From: Bacteroidia bacterium
Lineage (GTDB): Bacteria > Bacteroidota > Bacteroidia > B-17B0 > Aurantibacillaceae
Direction of reading: 5' to 3'
Length of the DNA stretch: 64,000 nt
Assembly (NCBI GenBank): GCA_036676295.1
Contig: JAKFDE010000035.1
Location: 18,727-82,726, forward strand
Part shown: piece after piece, positions 30,502 through 39,434 of the stretch
How positions within the stretch are numbered: the stretch's first letter is position 1
How the letters are laid out: every line of letters begins with the position of its first letter
Program-made: the position numbers and the translations under genes
The notes under the pieces: model-generated
The model's database searches: none
Told to the model about the DNA's origin: nothing
The model's input: the letters and a program-made list of their open reading frames with translations, nothing else

Positions 30502-31228
30502 ATTTTACATCATCTTATGTTTTGTTGTAGGAATGCTTTCCTGCAAAAAAGAAAACTGGTGTGATTGTGTAACATCTACCGGTAAAGAAAATACCATCTA
30601 TCATAATATGTCTGATTTTACATGTATATCAGCCAAAGATAAAATGGATGTGTATTTAACCCAAGGACCAAACTTTGAAGTAAAGGTGGAAGCCGGTGCA
30701 AACCTGCAACGATTGATCAAAACAGAATTGGATGGCGAAACACTGAAAGTGTTTAATAACAATCGCTGTAATTGGGTGAGAGGCTATAAACATAAGATCA
30801 AAGTATATATTACGGCTCCTTATTTTAAACATATTAAAAATATGGGAGTAGGTACCATTCAAAGTGTTGGCACCATTACTCAGGATGATATTTCGGTAAG
30901 AATTGAAAATTCAGGAGATGTTAATCTGAGTTTAAATACTAAATCTTTTTCAGGGAGTACTCATGGTAATGGCGATCTGTATTTGTCGGGTACAACCGAA
31001 AATTTTGCTTACAATTTCACAGGTACTAATTATTTATATACTTCTGATTTGAAAGTAAGCAATTATTTGTATTTACATAGCGCCTCAATTGGTAGCGCTT
31101 ATGTGAATGCACCGGATAATGGCTTAATGGACGTGGTATTGGATAAAGCAGGCAATGCCTATTATTCAGGTAATCCAAAAACAATTAATTTAACAAGAAA
31201 TAACAAGGGCGATTTAATTAAGGATTAA
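30491..31228 (+). CDS. DUF2807-like (GIN/adhesin-head) lipoprotein
   Basis: 245 aa. Lipobox MLSC. Repeated GSGD.../GNGDLYLSG beta-helix-like units. Confidence 0.55.
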   Translation: MNYKFYIILCFVVGMLSCKKENWCDCVTSTGKENTIYHNMSDFTCISAKDKMDVYLTQGPNFEVKVEAGANLQRLIKTELDGETLKVFNNNRCNWVRGYKHKIKVYITAPYFKHIKNMGVGTIQSVGTITQDDISVRIENSGDVNLSLNTKSFSGSTHGNGDLYLSGTTENFAYNFTGTNYLYTSDLKVSNYLYLHSASIGSAYVNAPDNGLMDVVLDKAGNAYYSGNPKTINLTRNNKGDLIKD

Positions 31229-31260
31229 GCTTTGTAATAAATACAAATTAAAATCGTTTT

Positions 31261-32574
31261 ATGTTTATGAATTTCAAGAACTCTTTTCTTTTACTTTTTA
31301 TAGCTTGCTTTGCTACTTCATTTTCTGCTTTTTCGCAAGATGAGTATGTGAACGATAATCAAATGCGTTATGAAGATTGGAGCTATAAATCGTATATCAA
31401 AACAGTTCAGTTGCACGAATCCAGTTTTGATGCCAATCCCGCAATACTTCCTTTTAACGGCACCGAACTATTGGAGTTAAGTTTTGATGATATGGAAGCC
31501 GATAAGAAATCGTATTCCATCAGTTTTGTGCATTGCAATGCTGATTGGGAACCATCTGATTTGATGAGTTCTGAATATATGACCGGTTTTTTTGAAGCCA
31601 ATATTTTAAACTTCAGCTATTCAAGTAACACCATTCAAAAGTACACACATTATTCTATTTTATTTCCTCAGGCTAATATGCAATTTTCTAAATCAGGAAA
31701 TTACATTGTGTATGTGTATCAGGATAACGACAAAGAAAAATTGGTATTAACCAAACGTTTTATGTTGTACGAAAATAAAGTAACAGTAATGGCTAATATT
31801 CGCCAGGCTATTGGTAATGATGAGCAGTATTCAAAACAACACATTGATTTTTCGATCATCAATAGTTTATATGAACTCACTAATCCTTTTACCGATCTAA
31901 AAGTAGTGATCACACAAAACAACCGTTGGGATAATGCTGTGAGGAATATTAAACCAACCTTTGTAGAGCCTAAGCAGCTAACTTATTCTTTAGACGATAA
32001 ATCAACATTTAGCGGAGGCAACGAGTTTCGTTATTTTGATTCACGTTCCTTAAGAACGTATACCGAACGAGTGAGTGATATTACAAGAGACAGTTCTAAA
32101 ATTTATCATATCGAATTAAAAACAGATGAGTTACGTACTTTTAAAAATTATAGTTTTTACAATGACCTCAATGGTGGGTTTTTAATTAAGAATCAGGACA
32201 TGGTTGGTAGCCCTGATACAGAATCGGATTATGCCTGGGTACATTTCTTTTTACCTTATGATAATGCAGAAGGAGCAGGTAATTTTTATGTGTTAGGTAA
32301 ATTAACCGAGTGGCGCTTGAATAAAACAAACCGCATGACTTATAATTATAAAAAATTTGGTTATGAGTGCGATCTGTTTATCAAACAAGGTTATTATAAT
32401 TACACCTATGTGTATTTAAAAGACGATAAAAAAGGTGGTGATGAAACCATGACCGAAGGCGATCATTGGGAAACAGAAAACGATTATACTATTTACGTGT
32501 ATCACCGTCAGCGTGGTACATACTACGATCAGTTAGTAGCAGTGAAGAGATTGAATTCTTTGAGGAAGAATTAA
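31261..32574 (+). CDS. DUF5103-like protein (T9SS plug-protein-like), tentative
   Basis: 437 aa. Signal peptide and Tyr/Asn-rich C-terminal half (QGYYNYTYVY). Family assignment is from memory only. Confidence 0.45.
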   Translation: MFMNFKNSFLLLFIACFATSFSAFSQDEYVNDNQMRYEDWSYKSYIKTVQLHESSFDANPAILPFNGTELLELSFDDMEADKKSYSISFVHCNADWEPSDLMSSEYMTGFFEANILNFSYSSNTIQKYTHYSILFPQANMQFSKSGNYIVYVYQDNDKEKLVLTKRFMLYENKVTVMANIRQAIGNDEQYSKQHIDFSIINSLYELTNPFTDLKVVITQNNRWDNAVRNIKPTFVEPKQLTYSLDDKSTFSGGNEFRYFDSRSLRTYTERVSDITRDSSKIYHIELKTDELRTFKNYSFYNDLNGGFLIKNQDMVGSPDTESDYAWVHFFLPYDNAEGAGNFYVLGKLTEWRLNKTNRMTYNYKKFGYECDLFIKQGYYNYTYVYLKDDKKGGDETMTEGDHWETENDYTIYVYHRQRGTYYDQLVAVKRLNSLRKN

Positions 32575-32641
32575 ATTTTTTTGTAGACTGAGCTGAGCCT
32601 TTTGTTTTATCTTACTTTTTAACTAAGAAAAAAGTAAAATT

Positions 32642-33997
32642 CTAAAGTGCCCCATACAACAACCTACCTACTAAAAAGTAAATGGTGATGCCGATGATAT
32701 CATTAAGGGTAGTTACGAAAGGACCGGTTGCTAAAGCAGGATTGATCTTAAAACGACTCATCATCAAGGGCACAAAAGTTCCTAAAAATGAAGCACATAA
32801 TATCACGGTCATTAAGGCAATACTAACGGTTGCTGCTAAGGTCCATGATTCGCTGATCAATAAATTATAACCTAAAATTAAACCGGAACAAATGATCCCG
32901 TTGATCAAACCCACACTTAATTCCTTAATTAATTTGGGAGCAATTTTATCAATGATCAAGGTGTTATTCGCTAAGCCTTGTACAATGATGGCAGATGATT
33001 GAACGCCAACATTTCCACCGGTTGCACCAATCAATGGAATAAAGAAAGCCATCTCCGGATGAATTTTTATCTGAGCTTCGTATCCGCCAATAATTCTTGA
33101 TCCTACAATACCACCACACATACCAACTAACAACCAAGGAATTCGTGCTCTTGATAATCGCCACAAACTATCATTACTATCAACATCATCGGTGATACCA
33201 CTCATTAACTGAATGTCTTTTTCAGCTTCTTCGCGCATCACGTCTACTACGTCATCAATGGTAATTCGGCCCACTAAGCGACCTAATTGATCAACAACGG
33301 GTAATACAACCAAGTCATATTTCTGAATTAACTCAGCGACTTCTTCGCTGGATGCCGATGTTCTAACAGAGATCACATCTCCATCGTAAATTTCTTCAAC
33401 TAAGGCTAAAGGATGTGAGATGATCAATTTTTTTAAGGACAACATACCGATCAACTTCTCATTATCATCTACCACATAAATGGCATACATCACATCCACA
33501 CTTTCAGTCTGTCGTCTGATCTCATCAATACAGGCACTTACCGTTTCATGAGCATATACGCTCACTAACTCTTTTGCCATCAAAGATCCTGCAGTACCTT
33601 CTTCAAAGCTCATCAAATCAGCAATGTCGCTGGCTTGTTCTATATCTTCAATTTGAGATAATACCTCTTCCTGAATTTCTTCCGGTAATTGGTTGATAAC
33701 GTCAGCCGCATCATCCGACTCCATGTTATCCAACTGCTCGGCAATTTCTTTGGTAGAGAATGTGGCTAATAATTCTTCACGTTTCTCTTCATCCATTTCA
33801 AGAAGTACATCCGCAGATTGTTCTTCCTCTAATAGATCATAGATATAATTAGCATCTTCAAGTTCGAGCTGATTTAAAATTAAGGCAATATCCACCGGAT
33901 ACAACTCACTGAGCTGTTCCTTAATATACTCATCCTCTTGCTGAGCGATGGCATTTTTAAGTCGGTCTAAATACTCTATGCTTAGTTCAAATTGCAC
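32642..33997 (-). CDS. mgtE: Magnesium transporter MgtE
   Basis: 451 aa. Acidic N-domain, tandem CBS domains and a C-terminal 5-TM MgtE channel (GNVG.QS, PF.TT..D). Confidence 0.92.
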   Translation of the reverse strand: MQFELSIEYLDRLKNAIAQQEDEYIKEQLSELYPVDIALILNQLELEDANYIYDLLEEEQSADVLLEMDEEKREELLATFSTKEIAEQLDNMESDDAADVINQLPEEIQEEVLSQIEDIEQASDIADLMSFEEGTAGSLMAKELVSVYAHETVSACIDEIRRQTESVDVMYAIYVVDDNEKLIGMLSLKKLIISHPLALVEEIYDGDVISVRTSASSEEVAELIQKYDLVVLPVVDQLGRLVGRITIDDVVDVMREEAEKDIQLMSGITDDVDSNDSLWRLSRARIPWLLVGMCGGIVGSRIIGGYEAQIKIHPEMAFFIPLIGATGGNVGVQSSAIIVQGLANNTLIIDKIAPKLIKELSVGLINGIICSGLILGYNLLISESWTLAATVSIALMTVILCASFLGTFVPLMMSRFKINPALATGPFVTTLNDIIGITIYFLVGRLLYGAL

Positions 33998-34044
33998 AAC
34001 CTTAATTTAATTGTGGCAAATGTAGGCTTTTATGATTTAAAATC

Positions 34045-34965
34045 TTATCCTTTATGAAACTTTTGTTTCAAAAAAGCATTCAGGAAAATGGCCGCTAAAA
34101 TGATAGCAAAGCCAACATAAAAGGTAAGTGAGAGTTCCTGATTTTCATGAAATAAAATGCTCGCTAAAATGATCCCATAAACTCCTTCCAGATTAACCGT
34201 TAAGTTAATGGTATAAGGTGTTAAATATTTCATCAAATTAACACTGGCGATGAATGGATACACTGTGCACACACCGGCCAGAATAAATAATAAGAAAGTG
34301 TTTTGTTGACCAATTGCAAAAAAGTTTTCCGAAAAATTACCACTTAATCCTATATAAATACTTAAGGCAATTAAAGCCGTGGTTAATTCAATAAAAGATA
34401 AAACCGGAGAAGTGATAGGTTCTTTTTGGTCCTGAATTAAAACGCCATTAAACACGCTAAATATAGAAGCGGTTAAAGCAGCTAAGGCGCCTAATAAAAT
34501 CCCTAATCCAAATTCTATTTCTGCAGAAAAGATCAAACAAATGGCTGCAATGATAATAAGACCGATAAGTAATTCATACCAAACAACTCTTCGTTTATAT
34601 ACTAATGGCTCAACAATGGCGGTAAAAAAAGTGCCCGTACTAAAAGCCGCCATAGTAACCGATACATTGGAAACTTTGATGGCTCCATAAAAACATAACC
34701 AATGCACACAAATGATAATGCCAACAATAGTAAGTTGTAATAATTTTTTTGCTGAAACTAAAATACTGGCCTTGCTGTAAACCAAATAAATTCCCATCAT
34801 CACGATCGTCATCGCAATTCGAAACCAAACTAATTGCATGGCATCGGTAGTAATACCTTTTCCTAATATGGGCGACCAGCCCCAAATAAAAACAATAAGG
34901 TGAAGAAGGATATGATGTTTGGAGATGTTTTTTAGCACGTGCAAATGTAAGGTTTGTATTCTCAA
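34045..34965 (-). CDS. EamA/DMT-family transporter
   Basis: 306 aa, ~10 TM helices in two EamA-like halves. Start codon uncertain (TTG at 34965). Confidence 0.65.
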   Translation of the reverse strand: MRIQTLHLHVLKNISKHHILLHLIVFIWGWSPILGKGITTDAMQLVWFRIAMTIVMMGIYLVYSKASILVSAKKLLQLTIVGIIICVHWLCFYGAIKVSNVSVTMAAFSTGTFFTAIVEPLVYKRRVVWYELLIGLIIIAAICLIFSAEIEFGLGILLGALAALTASIFSVFNGVLIQDQKEPITSPVLSFIELTTALIALSIYIGLSGNFSENFFAIGQQNTFLLFILAGVCTVYPFIASVNLMKYLTPYTINLTVNLEGVYGIILASILFHENQELSLTFYVGFAIILAAIFLNAFLKQKFHKG

Positions 34966-35106
34966 TATGAGAATTGTTTCTTCAAAACAGGAATTTTTGA
35001 TCTTCTATTTAATTTTAAAATAATTGATTTTCAGTAGTTTAAGATTTTGAATGTATAGGCTTAATGTTTGCGATCGTTACAGCGTAACCGTTAAAAATAT
35101 AAAGCC

Positions 35107-35547
35107 ATGAAAAAATCAATTTTAGCATTGGCAGCAAGCACATTTATAACAGGCGCTATTTTAACAAGCTGTAAATCGCCTGAAGAAAAGGTAGTAAATG
35201 CAAAAGACAATGTTATAGAAGCGAGTGAAGATTTAGATAAGGCTAAAGAAGAGTACCTTATAGAGATTGAAAACTATAAGCTTGAAACAGCACAAGAACT
35301 TGAAGCTAATGATAAAATAATCGCCGATTTGGAAGCAAAAATTGCGCGTGAAAAAGCGGTAGCGAAAGAAGCTGATAAAAAAAAATTAGCTGAGCTCAAG
35401 CAGAAAAATCAGGAAATGAAAGAGAAAATCGATCAATACAAAGCTGAAGGAAAAGAAAAGTGGGATTCATTTAAAGCAGAGTTCAAACATGATATGGAAG
35501 AGTTAGGAAAAGCTTTTAAAGATATCGGTAAGGATAATGTGAATTAA
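35107..35547 (+). CDS. Coiled-coil lipoprotein, hypothetical
   Basis: 146 aa. Lipobox LTSC. Lys/Glu-rich heptad-like sequence. Confidence 0.5.
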   Translation: MKKSILALAASTFITGAILTSCKSPEEKVVNAKDNVIEASEDLDKAKEEYLIEIENYKLETAQELEANDKIIADLEAKIAREKAVAKEADKKKLAELKQKNQEMKEKIDQYKAEGKEKWDSFKAEFKHDMEELGKAFKDIGKDNVN

Positions 35548-35597
35548 GCATTACTCGCAACTTACAGAGTAAGAGTTATAATAGTAATCTTTAAAAT

Positions 35598-36227
35598 ATG
35601 GAAATCATGAAAAAGATAGTTTTTATAATTGCCGCTATTTTCTGTCTTACAAATAATAGTAATGCGCAGCAAGATGATTATCGTACAAAATTATTGTTTG
35701 GTGTAAAAGCAGGTGCAAATTACTCAAATATTTATGATGAACAGAGCCAGGATTTTAATACTGATCCAAAATATGGGTTAGCTGCTGGTGCCTTTTTGTC
35801 GATCCCAATAGGAAGGTATTTAGGTGTTCAGCCGGAAGTCTTGTTTTCTCAAAAAGGATTTCATGCAAGCGGAAGTAATTATAGTTTTACCCGAACAACT
35901 GATTACCTCGATGTACCCTTGTTAGTTGCTTTTAAACCGGCTGAGTTCTTGACTATACTTGGTGGCCCGCAATATTCATATTTAATGAAACAAAACGATA
36001 GGTTTGATAGCCCGCTTATTAATTATGAGCAACAGCAAGAATTTGAAAACGATAATATTCGAAAAAATATTCTATGTTTTGTAGGAGGTGTCGATTTTAA
36101 TTTAAGACGATTTGTATTTGGTGCAAGAGCCGGTTGGGATGTTCAACACAACAATGGAGATGGGACTTCGTCTAACCCTCGTTACAAAAATGTTTGGTAT
36201 CAGGGCACAATAGGACTTAGATTTTAA
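35598..36227 (+). CDS. Porin-family outer-membrane beta-barrel protein
   Basis: 209 aa with signal peptide. FGVKAGANYSN start and C-terminal ...GTIGLRF, typical of small OMP beta-barrels. Confidence 0.65.
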   Translation: MEIMKKIVFIIAAIFCLTNNSNAQQDDYRTKLLFGVKAGANYSNIYDEQSQDFNTDPKYGLAAGAFLSIPIGRYLGVQPEVLFSQKGFHASGSNYSFTRTTDYLDVPLLVAFKPAEFLTILGGPQYSYLMKQNDRFDSPLINYEQQQEFENDNIRKNILCFVGGVDFNLRRFVFGARAGWDVQHNNGDGTSSNPRYKNVWYQGTIGLRF

Positions 36228-36291
36228 ATGAAAAGATAACAACAAATGAATACGTTTTTAAATAATTTAATCATTATAAAAAATAGAAATC

Positions 36292-36447
36292 ATGAGCAAT
36301 TTCCTTTATATCGTAGCCGTGGCATTAGTTATACTTTGGGTAATAGGATTTGTTGGATATCATATTGGTGGGTTAATACATATTCTTTTAGTGATTGCAC
36401 TTATCGCAATTTTATTAAGACTTATTAAAGGTGATAAAATCTTGTAG
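36292..36447 (+). CDS. lmo0937-like small membrane protein (51 aa), missed by the ORF track
   Basis: atg at 36292. MSNFLYIVAVALVILWVIGFVGYHIGGLIHILLVIALIAILLRLIKGDKIL has two TM helices with the G.HIGG.IH.LLVIA..A....L pattern of this family. It replaces the overlapping 60 aa frame 36246-36428. Confidence 0.65.
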   Translation: MSNFLYIVAVALVILWVIGFVGYHIGGLIHILLVIALIAILLRLIKGDKIL

Positions 36448-36477
36448 ATCTATTTATAAATTATAAAATTTTAGAAA

Positions 36478-36732
36478 ATGGAAAATTCAATTCATATCGG
36501 AAAGCTGGTTGGTGGCCTATTATTAGGCGCTGCTATTGGCGGAACTCTTGGGCTTTTATATGCTCCTGATAAAGGAAATAAAACCAGAAAAAAGTTGTTA
36601 AGTAAAGGAGAAGATTTGACGGATGGCTTGAAAGAAAAATTCAATGCTTTTCTTGATAATACAAAAAAAGAAGTTGAGACCGTAAAAGTTAAAACAAATG
36701 GAGCTATAGAAAAGGCTAAAGTTAAAACTTGA
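36478..36732 (+). CDS. YtxH-domain protein
   Basis: 84 aa. GLLLGAAIGGTLGLLYAPDKGNKTRKKL is the YtxH signature. Confidence 0.75.
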   Translation: MENSIHIGKLVGGLLLGAAIGGTLGLLYAPDKGNKTRKKLLSKGEDLTDGLKEKFNAFLDNTKKEVETVKVKTNGAIEKAKVKT

Positions 36733-36788
36733 GTTTTTAAATAAGAACATTGTTTCCTTGAATACGATCTCTAAAATTAGCAGTTGAG

Positions 36789-37163
36789 ATGATCTCATTT
36801 CAACTGTTATTTAAAAAAATGACGATGGAAACTAAAGAACATGTGTTTGAACCACTTTTAGAAAGGGCCGAACAGTTTAGTAAAACTAAATTTCAATTAC
36901 TAAAATTAAAGTCTGTAGATAAAACGGCAGACGTTAGTTCTACAGCGGTGTCGTATTTACTGTTAGTAGTTGTTTTTATATTTTCTGTTATTGCTTTAAA
37001 CATTGCCATTGCTCTTTGGATCGGTGATATGCTAGGAAAGAGTTATTATGGTTTTTTTACTGTTTCTGCATTTTACGCCCTACTCGGAATTGTTTTGTAT
37101 ATTATTCATTCTAAAATAAAAAGACACTTACAAAACTTAATTATTGATCAATTACTTAATTAG
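36789..37163 (+). CDS. Holin-X/DUF1469-like small membrane protein
   Basis: 124 aa with two TM helices. Commonly found next to YtxH genes. Start could be any of M1/M11/M13. Confidence 0.45.
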   Translation: MISFQLLFKKMTMETKEHVFEPLLERAEQFSKTKFQLLKLKSVDKTADVSSTAVSYLLLVVVFIFSVIALNIAIALWIGDMLGKSYYGFFTVSAFYALLGIVLYIIHSKIKRHLQNLIIDQLLN

Positions 37164-37169
37164 TAGGTT

Positions 37170-37613
37170 ATGCAAAAGATCACAAATAGACATGAATTAA
37201 AAAGTGCCATACAGCAATTGGAACAGCAGCAAATGGAAGAGTGGGCGTTGTTAAAAGACGAATATAGTGATGCCTGTAAAAATCTGAGAGCTGAAACTAA
37301 AATTCAAAACCATAATGAAAGTACAAGTGTTACAACTGAATTAATAGGCACCGGATTAAGTATTGCAGCAGGTTATTTTTCAAGAAAAATTGTCCCGGAT
37401 TTTTTACCCGGCACTTTAAAAGGATTGTTAAAAACATTCATGCAAATGAGTGTTACAAATTTTGTTTCAAAACATACGGATGAAATGAAATTAGCAGGAC
37501 AGTATTTTGCTCATCGGATACTTACTAAAAAAAATCCACCATCATTAGTTCCTGAAAAAACACTGAATCAGGAAAATAATTATCAGGGACAGGATGATGC
37601 CATTGTGTATTAA
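37170..37613 (+). CDS. Hypothetical protein
   Basis: 147 aa ORF immediately following the YtxH/holin-like genes. No motif recognised. Confidence 0.4.
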   Translation: MQKITNRHELKSAIQQLEQQQMEEWALLKDEYSDACKNLRAETKIQNHNESTSVTTELIGTGLSIAAGYFSRKIVPDFLPGTLKGLLKTFMQMSVTNFVSKHTDEMKLAGQYFAHRILTKKNPPSLVPEKTLNQENNYQGQDDAIVY

Positions 37614-37680
37614 TAATTCAAAAAAAAATGCCTCTGAAAGCCCAATAAAATCAGCTATTTTTAAATTATTTTTAATTTTA

Positions 37681-37713
37681 TTTGGAACTAATGATTTTTA
37701 TGCTTTAAATTTG
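37681..37713 (+). promoter_or_regulatory. Putative promoter of the SAM-riboswitch/met leader transcript
   Basis: TTTG (37681-37684), N21, TAAATTTG (37706-37713), ~30 nt upstream of the riboswitch P1 stem. Confidence 0.45.
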
Positions 37714-37745
37714 CAACGAATTATTACCCACCCATTGTGTGTATT

Positions 37746-37877
37746 AATTTATAAAGAAGTGGCGAGAGAATAGGCTCATTGACCCACTGGCAACCAACTC
37801 AAAGTACAGATGTTACAATCAGTATTGGAAAACAGGTGCCAATTCCTACTCCGATGAAAAGCGGAGGAAAATAAATT
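37746..37877 (+). promoter_or_regulatory. SAM-I (S-box) riboswitch aptamer
   Basis: P1 AAUUUAU (37746-52) pairs with AUAAAUU (37871-77). ...GUGGCGAGAGAAUAGGCUCAUUGACCCACUGGCAACC...GGUGCCAAUUCC UACUCCGAUGAAAAGCGGAGGA reproduces the conserved GGCAACC / GGUGCCAAUUCC junctions and the P4 hairpin (CUCCG/CGGAG). Lies upstream of metX-hom. Confidence 0.8.
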
Positions 37878-37889
37878 AAAAACAAAAAA

Positions 37890-38006
37890 ATGAAACACAC
37901 AAAATCAAAAACAAACAACAAATTCAGTGTTCAAGGTGTAACCTGTAATTCAATTTCTGCTTTCTTCATGATGGCCTGTATGTGTTGCTATTGCTGCATG
38001 TGCTAA
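37890..38006 (+). CDS. Cys/Met-rich short ORF (38 aa), candidate met/cys leader peptide
   Basis: ATG is 13 nt after the riboswitch P1. MKHTKSKTNNKFSVQGVTCNSISAFFMMACMCCYCCMC*; 10 of the last 12 codons are Met or Cys. Below the ORF-track size cutoff. Confidence 0.55.
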   Translation: MKHTKSKTNNKFSVQGVTCNSISAFFMMACMCCYCCMC

Positions 38007-38132
38007 GCTAGTTTTCCCTATTGATCTTATCGGAAAATTTAACCTTGGCAAATCCAAGGCAGGTTTGATGTATTCTTTATTCAAGAATTAGTCAACCTCA
38101 ATTTTTTCAATCATCACTTAATTCAAATCATC

Positions 38133-38369
38133 ATGAAAACAAATAGAAATTTTAATACAACAGATATAACTACAAATAACTTGATCGGAGAAATTGGTCA
38201 CCGTCATTTTTTAGAATTGCAAGCTAATTTTGGTTTTGCACAAAGAGGAGGCGTTAAATTCCCGTTAGGTAATACAAATCATAATAAACGCTTGGCCAGT
38301 GATATCAATATTTTGAATTCACAAGAGCATAAACAATTAATTTTTTCGGAAGTTATTTTTAGTAATTAA
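38133..38369 (+). CDS. Hypothetical 78 aa protein (orphan ORF upstream of metX)
   Basis: ATG-initiated ORF ending 7 nt before metX. No recognisable motif, so it may not be coding. Confidence 0.3.
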   Translation: MKTNRNFNTTDITTNNLIGEIGHRHFLELQANFGFAQRGGVKFPLGNTNHNKRLASDINILNSQEHKQLIFSEVIFSN

Positions 38370-38376
38370 ACAGATC

Positions 38377-39432
38377 ATGAGTCAATATAAATATCATTAT
38401 AAAAAAAGATTTCTTCTTGAGAGTGGTTTGTCATTACCTCATTTAGAAATTGCCTATCATACTTACGGTACATTAAATGCCGATAAGAGCAATGTGATTT
38501 GGGTGTGTCATGCGCTTACAGCTAATAGCGATGTGTTTGATTGGTGGAATGGTTTGTTTGGAGAAAATGATCTGTTTAATCCAAAGGAACATTTTATTGT
38601 ATGTGCTAATAATTTAGGTTCTTGTTATGGTACTACCGGTCCTTTTAGTATTAATCCGGATACAAAACAACGCTGGTACAGTTATTTCCCAAGTATTACC
38701 ATCAGAGATATTGCTAATGGGTTGCAATTGTTAAAACAACATCTAGGTATTGAAAAAATCCATACACTGATAGGTGGTTCGCAAGGAGGACAAATTGCAC
38801 AAGAGTGGGTATTACATGATAAGAGTGTGACTAGTAATTTAATATTGATCGCTACCAATGCACAACATTCTCCCTGGGGTATTGCTTTTAACGAATCGCA
38901 ACGCTTAGCTATTAAAGCAGATCGTACTTATTTTTCGAATTTGGATAATGGCGGAGAGAAAGGATTGCAAGCAGCGCGTAGTATTGCATTGTTGAGTTAT
39001 AGGAATTATCACACCTATAAAGAAACTCAAACCGATATTAAGCCACAGGTAGGCAATCATGCCGCAGCATCCTACCAACGTTATCAGGGAGAGAAATTGG
39101 TAAAACGTTTCAATGCCTATTCTTACGTGAGATTATCAGAAGCAATGGATTCTCATGATGTTATCCGTGACAGATGTTTTAGTGTAGAATCTGCTTTAAA
39201 TGAGATTACTTCTAATACACTGGTTATTGGAGTGACGACAGATGTGCTGTTTCCAATAGAAGAGCAAAAGCTGTTAGCTAAATGCATCAAAAGATCGGTT
39301 TATAAAGAAATTGAGTCTTTATATGGTCATGATGGATTTTTAATAGAAACAAAACAACTGTCAAAACACATCACTGAATTTTTTGAAACTAACAATAAAC
39401 AAATAAAACAACTAACCACTTTAAACAAATAA
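38377..39432 (+). CDS. metX: Homoserine O-acetyltransferase
   Basis: 351 aa. LESG..LPHLEIAYHTYGTLN...NVIWVCHALT N-terminus and GGSQGG nucleophile elbow. Confidence 0.9.
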   Translation: MSQYKYHYKKRFLLESGLSLPHLEIAYHTYGTLNADKSNVIWVCHALTANSDVFDWWNGLFGENDLFNPKEHFIVCANNLGSCYGTTGPFSINPDTKQRWYSYFPSITIRDIANGLQLLKQHLGIEKIHTLIGGSQGGQIAQEWVLHDKSVTSNLILIATNAQHSPWGIAFNESQRLAIKADRTYFSNLDNGGEKGLQAARSIALLSYRNYHTYKETQTDIKPQVGNHAAASYQRYQGEKLVKRFNAYSYVRLSEAMDSHDVIRDRCFSVESALNEITSNTLVIGVTTDVLFPIEEQKLLAKCIKRSVYKEIESLYGHDGFLIETKQLSKHITEFFETNNKQIKQLTTLNK

Positions 39433-39434
39433 AA

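Noticed and set aside
36246-36428. 60-aa ORF from the ORF track
   Set aside because: It overlaps, out of frame, the 51-aa ORF at 36292-36447. That ORF's product looks like a bona fide two-TM lmo0937-type protein, while the 60-aa translation has no membrane or domain features.
38013-38075. Hairpins after the Cys/Met sORF1 (TTTTCC/GGAAAA, CCTTGG/CCAAGG) as an intrinsic terminator
   Set aside because: The stems are only 6 bp and are not followed by a convincing U-tract. They are kept only as a possible part of the leader structure.
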